Positions 52,252 through 64,000 of a stretch of DNA of 64,000 nt are shown here, in pieces. Where the stretch lies: NCBI GenBank assembly GCA_964016885.1, contig OZ024750.1:6572001-6636000 (forward strand), written 5' to 3'. The notes beneath the pieces were generated by a model. That model was given only the letters and a program-made list of their open reading frames with translations. It had not been told where the DNA came from and did not search any database. A program made the position numbers and the translations under genes. Origin of the DNA: Eledone cirrhosa. Lineage: Eukaryota. The first letter of the stretch is position 1, and every line of letters starts with the position of its first letter.

Positions 52252-54704
52252 TATATTGTAAACTCAAGTATAAAAATATTGTCTGTTAGTTTTTTACTTA
52301 GATGAAGCTAATTGGACAAAAAAACTAAAAGAATCTGGAAATAATGTGAAGGAATAATAATATTTAGTATTAGTAAATCACAATGAAACATTGAAAAATC
52401 CTTTAAACGAAAAAAAAGCAGCCTGTTGGAATTAGTAAGACATTTCCATCTTTTCTTGCAATCTTCAGTAAAAATGCTTGTATCTTATTTTTGGTTTTCA
52501 TTTTTTTAATGATCTTGGTAGGAATTAGGAAGAGAATTGTTAATAATGTTACGGTAAGATTTATGTTCTGAAATTTAAAATGGTACCAAGTTGTTCAGTG
52601 TTTGAAATATTCTTGGCTTAGCTAAGTTTACTTTTACTTTGGCATCACTATTTCTTTTTTTACTTGATGAGGATGAAATAGGTACATCTGATAAATTCGT
52701 ACCAGATTTGAACCAGAACATAAGCAATTAAGGAAACTTGTTTGTGGTTACTCAAACTGATGGAAATAAAAGTCAAATCCCCCCTCAAATTTATGAGGCA
52801 TCAACTTGGCAAAGTTATTAGAATATTGAATAGAATGCTTAGTAGTAATGCTTAGTAGTATTTCTTCTGAGAACAATACCGTAACATCAGTATGCGTGGC
52901 CAGTTACAGCCAGTTTGAACAGAAAGAAGTAAGAAAATTCTGGCTGGATATGGCTGGTTTAAATGCTAAAGGTTTATATGCTTCTTGGTACTTGTGTCAT
53001 CACAGGTGTTGCTGTCAGAAGACAAAGATTCAGAAGAGATAATGAAGTGCTAACAACAATTTACCATCGTTAGTTAGTGATAAGAGAGCAGCCTATACAA
53101 CCAGTTTACAACATGTTGCTTTACTGTTATTTTAGTATAGCAGTTAGCTTCTCCTGACATTATTTTGTTTCCTTTCCAACCAGTTTAGAGTTTAACATAG
53201 TTATTTATGTTTAACATAATTGACAGCATATTATTTTAAATGTAATACAATGTTGTTTAAACATATGCTATTTATTAATAAAATGATATGTACACTTAAT
53301 TATAATGTACAGAATACACTTTTCCAGTACTCATAGTAGACTGTCACCGATAATTAGTGAACCTCGTTAGCCACTAGGCAACTTGTTAGCTTTCTTACTC
53401 AATACTTTATATTTATGTAATGTATCTTGAGCAAAGGTGAACTGAGTCAGTAGAGAATAGGACAAAATACCTTGTGCTATTTATTTCAGCTTTCTGTGCT
53501 CTGAAGTTGACTTTCTCTTTTACCCTTTCAAAGCCAATGAAATAAAGTACCAGTCGAGGGCTATGGGTTGATTGAATTGTTAAAGCATCAGATAAGATGC
53601 CTTGCAGTATTTGTTCCCTGAAACTGGCCATAGCTATTGCCCTTCCCTTCTTGAGTAACAGTAACAAATTAAGATACCTGGTAGAATATTTCCTAACCTG
53701 AAACTCCAAATGATATGTAAAGAAGGATTTGAATTGAATATGACATCAGAGTTAGTTTGATGATGTTTTCATTGTTTCATGGTATTTTCATTGTTTACAG
53801 CCATGAGATTTTATTTCTACATGGCACCTATCTAAGAGGACTATATCAGAGAGAGAGAGATGGTGAAAGAGTTAAGTGTTAATAGCCACCACAACACCAA
53901 TGACCAGCTAAGTATGTTTACCAAGAACCTAGTATTCTTTCAGCTCAACCATCTGTAGCATATCACTGATAATTACTAAACATTTTATCTTATTTGAGTT
54001 ACAGTGTGAAGTGAAGTCTATCACTGCAAATGAGTAAACAATTCTGTTGTAGATTTATTTTAAAGTATCAGTTGAGGAGTTTCTAGAATGCAAGGAATTG
54101 AAGCTATTTTTAGTAGGGATCATTGTTGCCTAATGTTTCTCGGCAAGAGATAACAAAATCTAACTTTGTTTAGACAAAGATAAAAATCATTAAGAAAAAG
54201 ACGTTTCTGAGAGATTTTCTCAAATATCAGAGGTATCTTACATGTAATTTTTTTTTGGAGGGGATGGCTGAATTCTTCTGCTCAAAGATTCACAAAAGTA
54301 TTTCTGTTTTAAAGTTGGCAAGCAAATACCCAACATATGTACCACTTAAATATTTCTAATTTGTCTGTATGTGTGTATGTGTGTAGACAGGAAGGAGATG
54401 AACCTTGTTTACATATAGAATACAGAGCAGCAATATAATATTGATACATATTATACATATGTCACGACATCAAAACAATATTTTCTTACAGTTGTTTTAC
54501 ATCCACATTTTACAGGTAGAAAATGCTTTCAAAATTATATATATTCTTGTGTGAGAGTTTGTGTGTGTGAGTTTGTGTGTGAGAGTGAGTGTTTCCATCT
54601 TGATGCTATTCCATTCAGTCATCTCATACGGAACAGGAATATGGTGTTCTAAAAGGTATTCTTAGTCCTACAACATAGCCATCATGTTTCAACAATATAT
54701 ATAT

Positions 54705-54998
54705 AACAAAGAGGGTGTGGTAAGGAACTAGGTGGACCATAACACACCTGAGTACCAGAGCATTCAATATTTATGGTAGTAGAGTGGATAGTAGGAAAAG
54801 AGTCAGGACCCCGACAGCTGAGCTCCGGCTGTTTCGACAGCTAGATCCAAACTCTAGAATTTGGATCTAGCTGTCAAAACGGCCGGAGCTCAGCTGTTGG
54901 GGTCCTGACTCTTTTCCTACTACCCACTCTACTACCATAAGTATTGAGTACTCTGGTGTGTTATAGTCCACCTGGTTCCTTACCACACCCTCTTTGTT
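54705..54998. mobile_element. Family-A fold-back insert, copy 4 (both arms long)
   Basis: ~140-bp imperfect arms centred at ~54855, TA flanks. Confidence 0.8.
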
Positions 54999-55116
54999 AT
55001 ATATATGTATTGTTATACTTTGCGGTGGAGGGGTCATGTTGCCAATAAAAACACAAGCATACTTACTAAACGAAACGTTTTCAGATAAGAAATTTCGCAA
55101 AACAAAGTCAAAAACG

Positions 55117-55155
<39 letters not shown>

Positions 55156-55559
55156 TGTGTATTTGTGCACACACACACAAATTTCTTCAAACTATATGTA
55201 TATTGTTTGGGTTTTTAAACTAAAGTAAGTGTGTCAGAAGAATGGTAACAAACCTAACATGTATTTTTAAAATGTTATACATATATATATGGATGTATTT
55301 AGATTTAAACATGTGTATGTTGTACATTTGGGACATAAACATCCAGATATTTACAGCATATGTACGAAAATGTGGCATATCTCAACATATGGTAGTGTTA
55401 GTAAGTCGTCTGATTAGAATAATATCTATTATTTTTCATTCCAGCTTTTCCTTGTTCCCTGCTGTGTTGTGCTTCAAATAGAATGACATTAAAGCTTAGA
55501 TCAGGGGCAGGGAACTATCATATATTCTAATAAAGTTGCATTAAATGATAAAGTATTAA

Positions 55560-55780
55560 CCCTTTAGAATTTATATTACTCTATATTTATTATTATATTG
55601 TCGTGGTAAAGGCTTTACCTCACATAATTATCTCACATAATATTGAATCTATGAGATTTTGATATCATTTATTTTGAGAACCATACCTTAGCATTAGTAT
55701 GAACAGCTGGTTACAGCCGATTTGAATAGAAAGAGGTAAGTAAATTCTGTTTGGATACAGCCAGTTTAAATGCTAAAAGG
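55560..55780. mobile_element. piggyBac-type MITE
   Basis: TTAA-CCCTTTAGAATTTA ... TAAATGCTAAAAGG-TTAA; partial copies at ~49405-49568 and ~52867-52974. Confidence 0.7.
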
Positions 55781-56189
55781 TTAAATATATACTGAAAAAA
55801 ATGTAATTACATTTATCGTAAAATTGTAAATATATATATATCAAGTAAGAAATAATAATGTAAACTGACCTTTTAATGATTTATTTATATATATTTAATG
55901 GATGAATATAATACTGTGTAATTACTAAGAATATTTCTTTAATGTAAAAACCAGATATCTACCAAAAAGCCACACTTAAGAACCTCAAAATCTACAGGTT
56001 TCCCCACTCCTGATTAGTAATGACTTAATCATACTAAACTAAAATTACTTCATAACAAGGAGAAGGATTTGGAAAGATGTTACATTTATGACTTTAACAG
56101 CAGAGTAAATTAAGAGAATCACATCTCAGTGGGGATCAAAATCAGGCTACTGACTTGGTACTCTCTGATTTTGCTGCACTAAAATTTTT

Positions 56190-56460
56190 TCACCCCACCT
56201 CTCTACCATCCAGTTACCAGACAAAAGTCTGTCACACCACCTCTCTACCATCTAGTTACCAGACAAAAGTCTGTCACACCACCTCTCTACCATCCAGTTA
56301 CCAGACAAAAGTCTGTCACACCACCTCTCTACCATCCAGTTACCAGACAAAAGTCTGTCACACCACCTCTCTACCATCCAGTTGCCAGACAAAATTCTGT
56401 CATACCATGTCTCTACCATCCAGTTACCAGACAAAATTCTGTCACACCATCTCACTACCA
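56190..56460. repeat. 45-bp minisatellite (~6 copies, degenerating to ~56670)
   Basis: cacaccacctctctaccatccagttaccagacaaaagtctgt repeated in tandem. Confidence 0.9.
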
Positions 56461-57525
56461 TTGTCTCTACCATCCATTTACCATCCAGAATTCTGCCACC
56501 CCACTTCTCTATCATCTAGTTGCTACACCAAAATTCTGTCTCCCTACCTCTTTACCATCCTGTTGTTGCACCAAAATTCTGCCACCCCACCTCTCAACCA
56601 TTCAGTTCTCAGCCAAATTTCTGTCAGCCTACCCCCACATCTCTACCATTGTCTCTACCATCCAGTTGCCAACTGTATCAGTCACAATTGCTCATTGGTT
56701 GTTTCCTAAGTTCCCTAGCAGCAGGTGGCCTCTTATGCTCCAACTCCATACCCTATTACAGAAAGCAAACCAACAATCAGATCTCTGTATTAAACAATTC
56801 CATATATAACATAACACACCTAAATAAAACAACACCTTTTTATACAGAAAACACAATTCATCGGATTAATCAATTTTAACAGTGTTTCCCAATGTTTATT
56901 TAATAAATATTTTCAATTTATATAATCCATGATGCTTATTTGATTTAAATATTGTTTCCACATTCACACATGTACACTTATTTATAATAAATATTCTGAA
57001 TTTATTATAAACAACCAAAACATACACCTAAGAAAATATGTTAAATAAATTATCTACAGAAGTAATAATTTTCTACATTTTGGCACAAGGCCAGCAATTA
57101 CCCAGTACAATGAATGATCAACATGTTCTATTATGTTGTTGTTGTAACAACCAGTGGTGTTTGTTGTTGTTGGTGGTGGTGGTGGTGGTGTTGGTGATGG
57201 TGTTGTTGGTGTTGTTGTTGGTGGTGGTGTTGGTGATGGTGTTGTTGGTGTTGTTGTTGTTATTGTTGGTGGTGGTGGTGTCGGTGATGGTGATGGTGTT
57301 GGTGTTGTTGGTGTTGGTGTTGGTGTTGGAGTTGTTGTTGGTGTTGTTGTTGTTATTGTTGGTGGTGGTGGTGTCGGTGATGGTGATGGTGATGGTGTTG
57401 GTGTTGTTGTTGTTGGTGTGTTGGTGTTGATGGTGTTGGTGTTGTTGTTGGTGTTGTAACAACCAGTTGTGTTGTTGTTGTTGTTGTTTCTGGAAGCAGA
57501 AAGGAGGTGTTGAAGGAAAAGTTTA

Positions 57526-57710
57526 TTTTCATTTTTCATTTTTCATTTTTCATTTTTCATTTTTCATTTTTCATTTTTCATTTTTCATTTTTCATTTTTC
57601 ATTTTTCATTTTTCATTTTTCATTTTTCATTTTTCATTTTTCATTTTTCATTTTTCATTTTTCATTTTTCATTTTTCATTTTTCATTTTTCATTTTTCAT
57701 TTTTCATTTT
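57526..57710. repeat. (TTTTTCA)n heptamer tract
   Basis: Direct reading. Confidence 0.95.
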
Positions 57711-57949
57711 ATTTCATATCCTTTCTTGTCTCTATCATTCTTTCGAATTAAATTAGTTTACAAAATCTAATTTAAGTATTTGTTACTTAAATAAGAACAT
57801 AAAAACTAGTGCAAAATATGGTAATTGTTCTTATTCCCAATATTGTTGTGAAACCTTCAGCTAAGTCAATAAGTAAAAGAAAGAAACAGGCTGCTATTTG
57901 GCTGTATCATTTTCTGACTCACTTTACTTGTTTTAAAATATATCTAAAC

Positions 57950-58012
57950 CATCATCATCACCGTTTTACGTCCATTCTTCCACGCTAGCATGGGTTAGAC
58001 GGGTCATCCTGT
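57950..58012 (-). mobile_element. 3' end of an abundant SINE/LINE (acccatgctagc..gga...ggacgtaaaacg-(gat)n tail)
   Basis: Related ends at ~59365-59420, 61015-61052, 61685-61720, 63410-63445, 63517-63560. Confidence 0.55.
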
Positions 58013-58144
58013 TGTGGGCAATGTCAGGTCGGGTGACCTTGTCTTACTCAATTCAAGAGTCCTCTCCACTTGATGTCAGCTTTTATTTGGAGTGCATACT
58101 CTCCTAGATAGGTTGCCTTCACTATGGCTTACGCAGCCCACATC

Positions 58145-58183
<39 letters not shown>

Positions 58184-58187
58184 ATAT

Positions 58188-58241
<54 letters not shown>

Positions 58242-58321
58242 ATATACACACACATATATATATATATGTATATATACATACATATACACATATATATATA
58301 TATATATATATACATACATAT

Positions 58322-58368
<47 letters not shown>

Positions 58369-58412
58369 CACATATATATATAACATATATATATATATAT
58401 ATATATATTTGC

Positions 58413-58448
<36 letters not shown>

Positions 58449-59251
58449 GCACACACACAATATTCTCTCTATTTCTGCTACATGTATACACATACACACA
58501 GATATAACAGGCTTTAAGAAATATGTTGTCTTACTCCATTATTTATAGTTTGTCTTCACATTTTCTCGCACACTTTTACATCTAATTTCTGTTTGTCTTT
58601 TTTTTTTTAATTACTCTTCTCTTTTTTTTTGTTTTTGATTACTCTTCTCTTCTGCTTTAATTACTCAATATTTTTTCTTCTTCTTCTTCTTCTTCTTCTT
58701 CTTCTTCTTCTTCTTCTTCTTCTTCTTCTTGATACCCTTTACCAAATCACTTCTGATTAATGAGTCTTCTACTTACTAAAAAGGCAATATGTTTTTTGTC
58801 TTGATAAACAATTTAATGACACTGTAAACAGAAGTCTTAGATAAATTTCTTATAAACACATAAGAAAAGACAAAACTTTTCAAGAAAACAATTAATTGAC
58901 ACCAATCTCATTTATACTCAAGCATTTTTTTTTTTTTGGGGGGGGGGGGGTCGTGAGTCTTTTTTTCTTTCTTTTTTTGATAGTTTAAGTTGTATTGTGA
59001 AAGAAAGAAAGGGTGTGGTGGGTGTGGTGGGTGGAAGGGAGAACATTCCATCTATTTCCTTTTGTGATTACTATCTTAATGAAGAAAAATATCTAAAATT
59101 CTCCTTGCAACAGAATTAATGATGTTACATAAATCTTTTTTAAGTTTTGCTGAAATTTATTAAAAAAAAAAAGTCAACAACATACACAGTCAAGTATTTC
59201 AGATAGGTTTAAATTATTGGGTAATTATCAGTTTTGATGTAGGTAGGTCTC

Positions 59252-59290
<39 letters not shown>

Positions 59291-59433
59291 AGTGAGTGTG
59301 TAGCCAGAAACAGTCCTGTATGAGCAGGATATGGTCACCTGACCCAACTTGCCTCAAATGGGACAACCCGTCTAACCCATGCTAGTGTGGAAGGTGAAAG
59401 CTAAACGACAATTATGATATGTATATATATATA

Positions 59434-59546
59434 TATTTATTAAAATAACAGATTAAAGTTTAAGCAAAGAATCGCTGCTTTCACCCTTAACGGGATCTTC
59501 TGAATCTTTGGATTTTAGTCTTCAAATTTATTATTATTACTATTAT

Positions 59547-59550
<4 letters not shown>
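59434..59550. mobile_element. Family-C insert, copy 2
   Basis: Left arm identical to 41939-41997, joined to the inverted tail fragment tctttggattttagtcttcaaat. Confidence 0.7.
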
Positions 59551-59594
<44 letters not shown>

Positions 59595-59597
<3 letters not shown>

Positions 59598-59786
59598 AAC
59601 CAGTAAGACCCCGACAGCTGAGCTCAAGCCGTATCGACGGCTAATTCTGGGTCCAGAATTAGCCGTCGAAACGGCTTGAGCTCAGCTGTCGGGGTCTTAC
59701 TGGTTCCTATTACCCACTCTACTACCTCAAGTATTGAGTACTTTGGTGCGTTATGGTCCACCTGGTTCCTTACCACATTTCCTTCG

Positions 59787-59788
<2 letters not shown>
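59595..59788. mobile_element. Family-A fold-back insert, copy 5 (short left arm, long right arm)
   Basis: Hairpin centre at 59651-59652, (TA)n flanks. Confidence 0.8.
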
Positions 59789-59829
<41 letters not shown>

Positions 59830-60247
59830 AGCAATACTTGTATCATTTACTGGTTTCAGTCACTAGACTGTTGCCATGCTGGGGCACTACCTTGATTTAG
59901 TTTATCTGAAGGATGAAAAGATGAAAACCAAGAGCCAATTTGGCAGGATTTGAACACAGAATATAAACGGCCATAACTAAATAATATGAAGCATTTTTGT
60001 TCACTACTTTTCTAGTTCAAATTTTATGACATTAACTTTTAATGTCCTGCACCACATGAAACCACAATAGCAAGACATTCTTGTAAAGGGCTAAACAGCA
60101 ATATGAATACATCACAAATGTCTTTACTTTAATATTGTAAAATTTTCACAATGATCTTTCCACTATAAATGACACAATAAACATTTGAATTGATTCAAAT
60201 TTTAGACATTATCTGGGATATCATTACAGGATGCTAAGAGTTAATAA

Positions 60248-60465
60248 CAGTTTCTTATATAGGCACAAGGCCAGCATATTTGGGGGGAGGGGGAAGCTGA
60301 TTAAATCGACCCCAGTGCATGACTGGTACTTTATTTTATCGACCCCCGTAAGGATGAAAGGCAAAGTTAACCTTGGTGGGATTTGATCTCAGATCATAAA
60401 GGGCCGTAACTCTATGCTGCAAAGCATGGCGTCCAACCTACTACCGATACTGCCAATTCACCGTC
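60248..60465 (-). mobile_element. SINE S1, near full length
   Basis: Reverse complement of S1. Confidence 0.85.
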
Positions 60466-60934
60466 CTATGATAACAGTTATTAACAACAACAGCAACATT
60501 AATGAGACTAAAACAACAACAACAATACATTGACTATCAAAGGAAATCTCTTCAGCAACAACAACAACTACAAGTTAACCACTTGATAGGAAAGTATAAA
60601 ACAATTTATACTTTATGTGATATCTTACCACTGTTAATTATAAAGGTGAAAGAAACACAAAATAAAAAGCTTTTAATTTTATCCTTCTTTCTCTCATTCT
60701 CTACTCCGTTCTCTCTCTCTTCTGCTTCTCTCTCTCTCTCTTTCTCTTCCTCAAATTTCTTTGATTTTCTCGCACCTTCTTTTTCTCTTTCTATCTCATA
60801 TCTGACTGTCTTTCTAATATCTCTATCCATCTATCCATCTATCTATCCATCTATCTATCTATCTATCTATCTATCTATTTATCTATCTATCTGTGTGTCT
60901 AACTGACTATCTATCTGCCTAAATATGTATGTAT

Positions 60935-60975
<41 letters not shown>

Positions 60976-61063
60976 AATGTCTGTCTACATAAGTATGTAT
61001 CATCATCAATAGTATCAGCACTGTTTAACGTCCATTTTCTCTGCTAGCATGGTATACATATAC

Positions 61064-61096
<33 letters not shown>

Positions 61097-61138
61097 AATA
61101 TGGACGAGGTGTTAAATTTTCATTATATTTATTGAGGT

Positions 61139-61221
61139 GTGACACGTGTTTCATGATTGATCAGCTCAAGGTTCGATCTGCATCGATCGAGCCTATCTCT
61201 GGTATCAAAAGCTCATCAGAC
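61139..61221 (-). ncRNA. Hammerhead ribozyme with long stem II in a TA-embedded insert (61091-61230)
   Basis: GT-CTGATGA-(~60 nt, ttgat/atcaa base)-GAAA-CACGTG-TC-AC; canonical GUC triplet. Confidence 0.7.
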
Positions 61222-61453
61222 TTCTGTTCTATATATATATACATATACATATAATATATAAAATATATCTCTATTTTGTTTCCTTGAATTATATGTATTC
61301 GTGTATATATATATATAAGTAGAAGGGGTATTTAATTTGTTGGAACTCTGACAAATATAAATGTTTATAACTGATTTAGAGCACTCAACAGTTTACTGGA
61401 GTAAATATTCAATGATATTGAATAAATGGAAACTATATTTATAAAACCATATT

Positions 61454-61500
61454 TATTTTATTATATATATTTCTAGGGTACGCTTTCATCAGATAAAATA
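61454..61500 (-). ncRNA. Minimal hammerhead ribozyme (weak stem II) in insert 61317-61600
   Basis: TATTTTAT-CTGATGA-AAGCGTACCCTA-GAA-ATATATAT-A-ATAAAATA: 8-bp stem I, (AT)4 stem III. Confidence 0.65.
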
Positions 61501-61597
61501 CAAACATTGGTACGCTTTCATCAGATAAAATACAAAGTTTGTTTTATAAATAGAGACATACCCATGAAAATCATACCTTATCGGTTGGAAATTCACT

Positions 61598-61679
<82 letters not shown>

Positions 61680-62034
61680 GAGTGATTTTAAAGCCATTTT
61701 CCATGCTGGCTGAGGTTGAGTAGGTCATGGCAGTCTGAGATTAGACAAGGAAGAGAACTGCAGCTTGCTTCAAGGTTCCATATTTTGGCATATTTTCTAT
61801 GCTTGAATGACCTTCCTAACACCAACAAATGTACAAAATGTAGCGAATGCATTTTATCATAACACCAACACTACTACATCACACACAACATATATATATA
61901 CACATATCTATGTGTGTATATATATATATATATATATACACATATGTATGTGTGTATGTTGATGAGAAATTGCCAATAAATTGTTGTGTCAGTCACACAG
62001 AAATATATTTTGTGTTTACTCTGCCTGAGTTAAA

Positions 62035-62140
62035 CTGGCACTCCTCTGGCACTCTGTGGCACTCTGTGGAACTCTGTGACACTCTGTGGCACTCTGTGAC
62101 ACTCCTCTGGCACTCTGTGGCACTCTGTGGCACTCTGGAA
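62035..62140. repeat. 10-bp minisatellite (CACTCTGTGG)n
   Basis: Direct reading. Confidence 0.85.
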
Positions 62141-63176
62141 AATGTAGAGGTTGGCACATTGGACCCCTAGAACCAAATGACGCCATTGTTTCCAAATACT
62201 GGACATGGATAAATAAATAAATATATAAATAAATAAGGATTAAGACCCAAACAAAAGAAAAGAACTTCTACAAAATAATTACTACTGCTGTTGCTGATGT
62301 TGCTGCCACAACTACTGCTACTACTGCTGCTGTTGTTGTTGCTACCACTACTAATGCTACTACTACTACTACTACCACAACCACCACCACCACCACCTCC
62401 ACTACTATTACTACAACTACCACCACCACTGCCACCACTACTACCACTACCATCACCACCACTACTACTACCACCACCTCCACCCCACCACTACTACTAC
62501 TACTACCACCACAACTACCACCACCACCACCAACACTACCACTACCACTCCACCACCACTGCCACTCCACCACCACTACTACTACTCCCGCCACCACTAC
62601 TACTACTACCACCACCACCACCACTACTACTACTACTACCTCTACAATTATATATATCTATTCTAGTTAATTTAATTTTTTTTAGTCTGTAAAAGAGACA
62701 AGAATGGAAGGAGAAAATAACGATTCTTTTATAATTAGTTGTTTGTTTTAGTGGGGGTTTTTTTAGTTCTGTTTATATAATTTATTTATTTATTTATTTA
62801 TTTGGTTAATTTATTTATTTTGTTTTTGTTTTTCATCTAATTAATAATTTCTTACTGTTTGGCTGTTGTGGTGCGAGATTAACGAAGCAATCAGGGATAT
62901 TTTAGCTCATTGAATAGAAAGTAATTTAAGAGAAACTGCAGACAATGGTGTTGTTGAAAAAGTCACTTTGACTACATACAACGTTTTGTGAGAGTATGGA
63001 ATAATTAACCAATATTACTGACTCAACATTTCACATATTCCAATTGTCTAGATTGTCTGATAGTAGATAAACACTGTAAATACTGCCTCTCTAATCTCTC
63101 TCTAGTTAACTATCTATCTATCATTATCTCTTCTGTCTCTGTTTTCTTTTTATATACCCCCTCCTCCTCTCTTTCT

Positions 63177-63240
<64 letters not shown>

Positions 63241-63572
63241 GTGAAGAGGTCAGTGTGCTTCAATTTTACATAATTTCATTGATTACTTTATTACTGTTAT
63301 ATATATATGTGTATGTAAGTATACATATGTATGTATGTGTATGTATGTATGTATATGTATGTATATGTGTATGTATGTATATATATGTATTTATGTGTAT
63401 AGATGTATTTATATATGCAAGCAGGGAAAAGCGGATGTAAAATAATGTAGATATGTATGTATATATATATATGTATGTATATATATATATATATATATAG
63501 ATATATATATATATATCATCATTTTACGTCCTTTTTTCCTTGCTTGCAAGGGTGGGGCGGGAACTGATTCTG

Positions 63573-63606
<34 letters not shown>

Positions 63607-63664
63607 ATATATATATATATATAATGACACATCGAATAATGAATGTAGTGCTTGCTAGATACAA

Positions 63665-63854
63665 TATACATACATACATATATACATACATACATACATA
63701 TATACATACATACATACATACATACATACATACATACATACATACATACATACATACATACATACATACATACATACATACATACATACATACATACATA
63801 CATACATACATACATACATACATACATACATACATACATACATACATACATACA

Positions 63855-63888
<34 letters not shown>

Positions 63889-63900
63889 CATATACATATA
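63665..63900. repeat. (TACA)n microsatellite
   Basis: Direct reading. Confidence 0.95.
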
Positions 63901-64000
63901 CGTGCTCATCCTCACTCTGTTTGGTATTCAGGTCTTGTTAAGGCTTAACAATATCCAATTACACAGCAGGGGTCAAGGGTTGCCTTATTTACCCCTATGT

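Noticed and set aside
56155-56709. 184-aa ORF with 15-aa Cys/His repeats
   Set aside because: Translation of a 45-bp minisatellite; spacing does not fit C2H2 zinc fingers.

Overview
AT-rich, microsatellite-saturated animal genomic DNA. The SINE complement and repeat texture resemble octopus/cephalopod genomes (inference only). No intact protein-coding gene is supported, and nearly all ORFs in the track are translations of simple repeats. The main signal is a hammerhead-ribozyme (HHR) retroelement system. (1) A ~3.9 kb array at 9503-13439 consists of near-identical ~469-bp non-coding units, each with a canonical minimal type-I HHR (8 copies). The units form two divergent (inverted) tandem arms next to a long (TA)n tract, which looks like a retrozyme / Penelope-like (PLE) circular-RNA product. 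(2) More than 15 short fold-back or truncated inserts from about 10 unrelated families sit in (TA)n tracts; many carry canonical or variant HHRs and share the same 3'-ends-outward, asymmetric-arm geometry. Two truncated copies begin at, or within 1 nt of, the predicted self-cleavage site of their family's HHR. Also present: three CRE-clade retrotransposon 3' remnants (one seeding a 79-bp x ~23 satellite with a 5-unit higher-order repeat), a Buster/Charlie hAT deletion derivative with TSD, a piggyBac-type MITE, a decayed DIRS/Ngaro-like pol remnant, many SINEs and several minisatellites.
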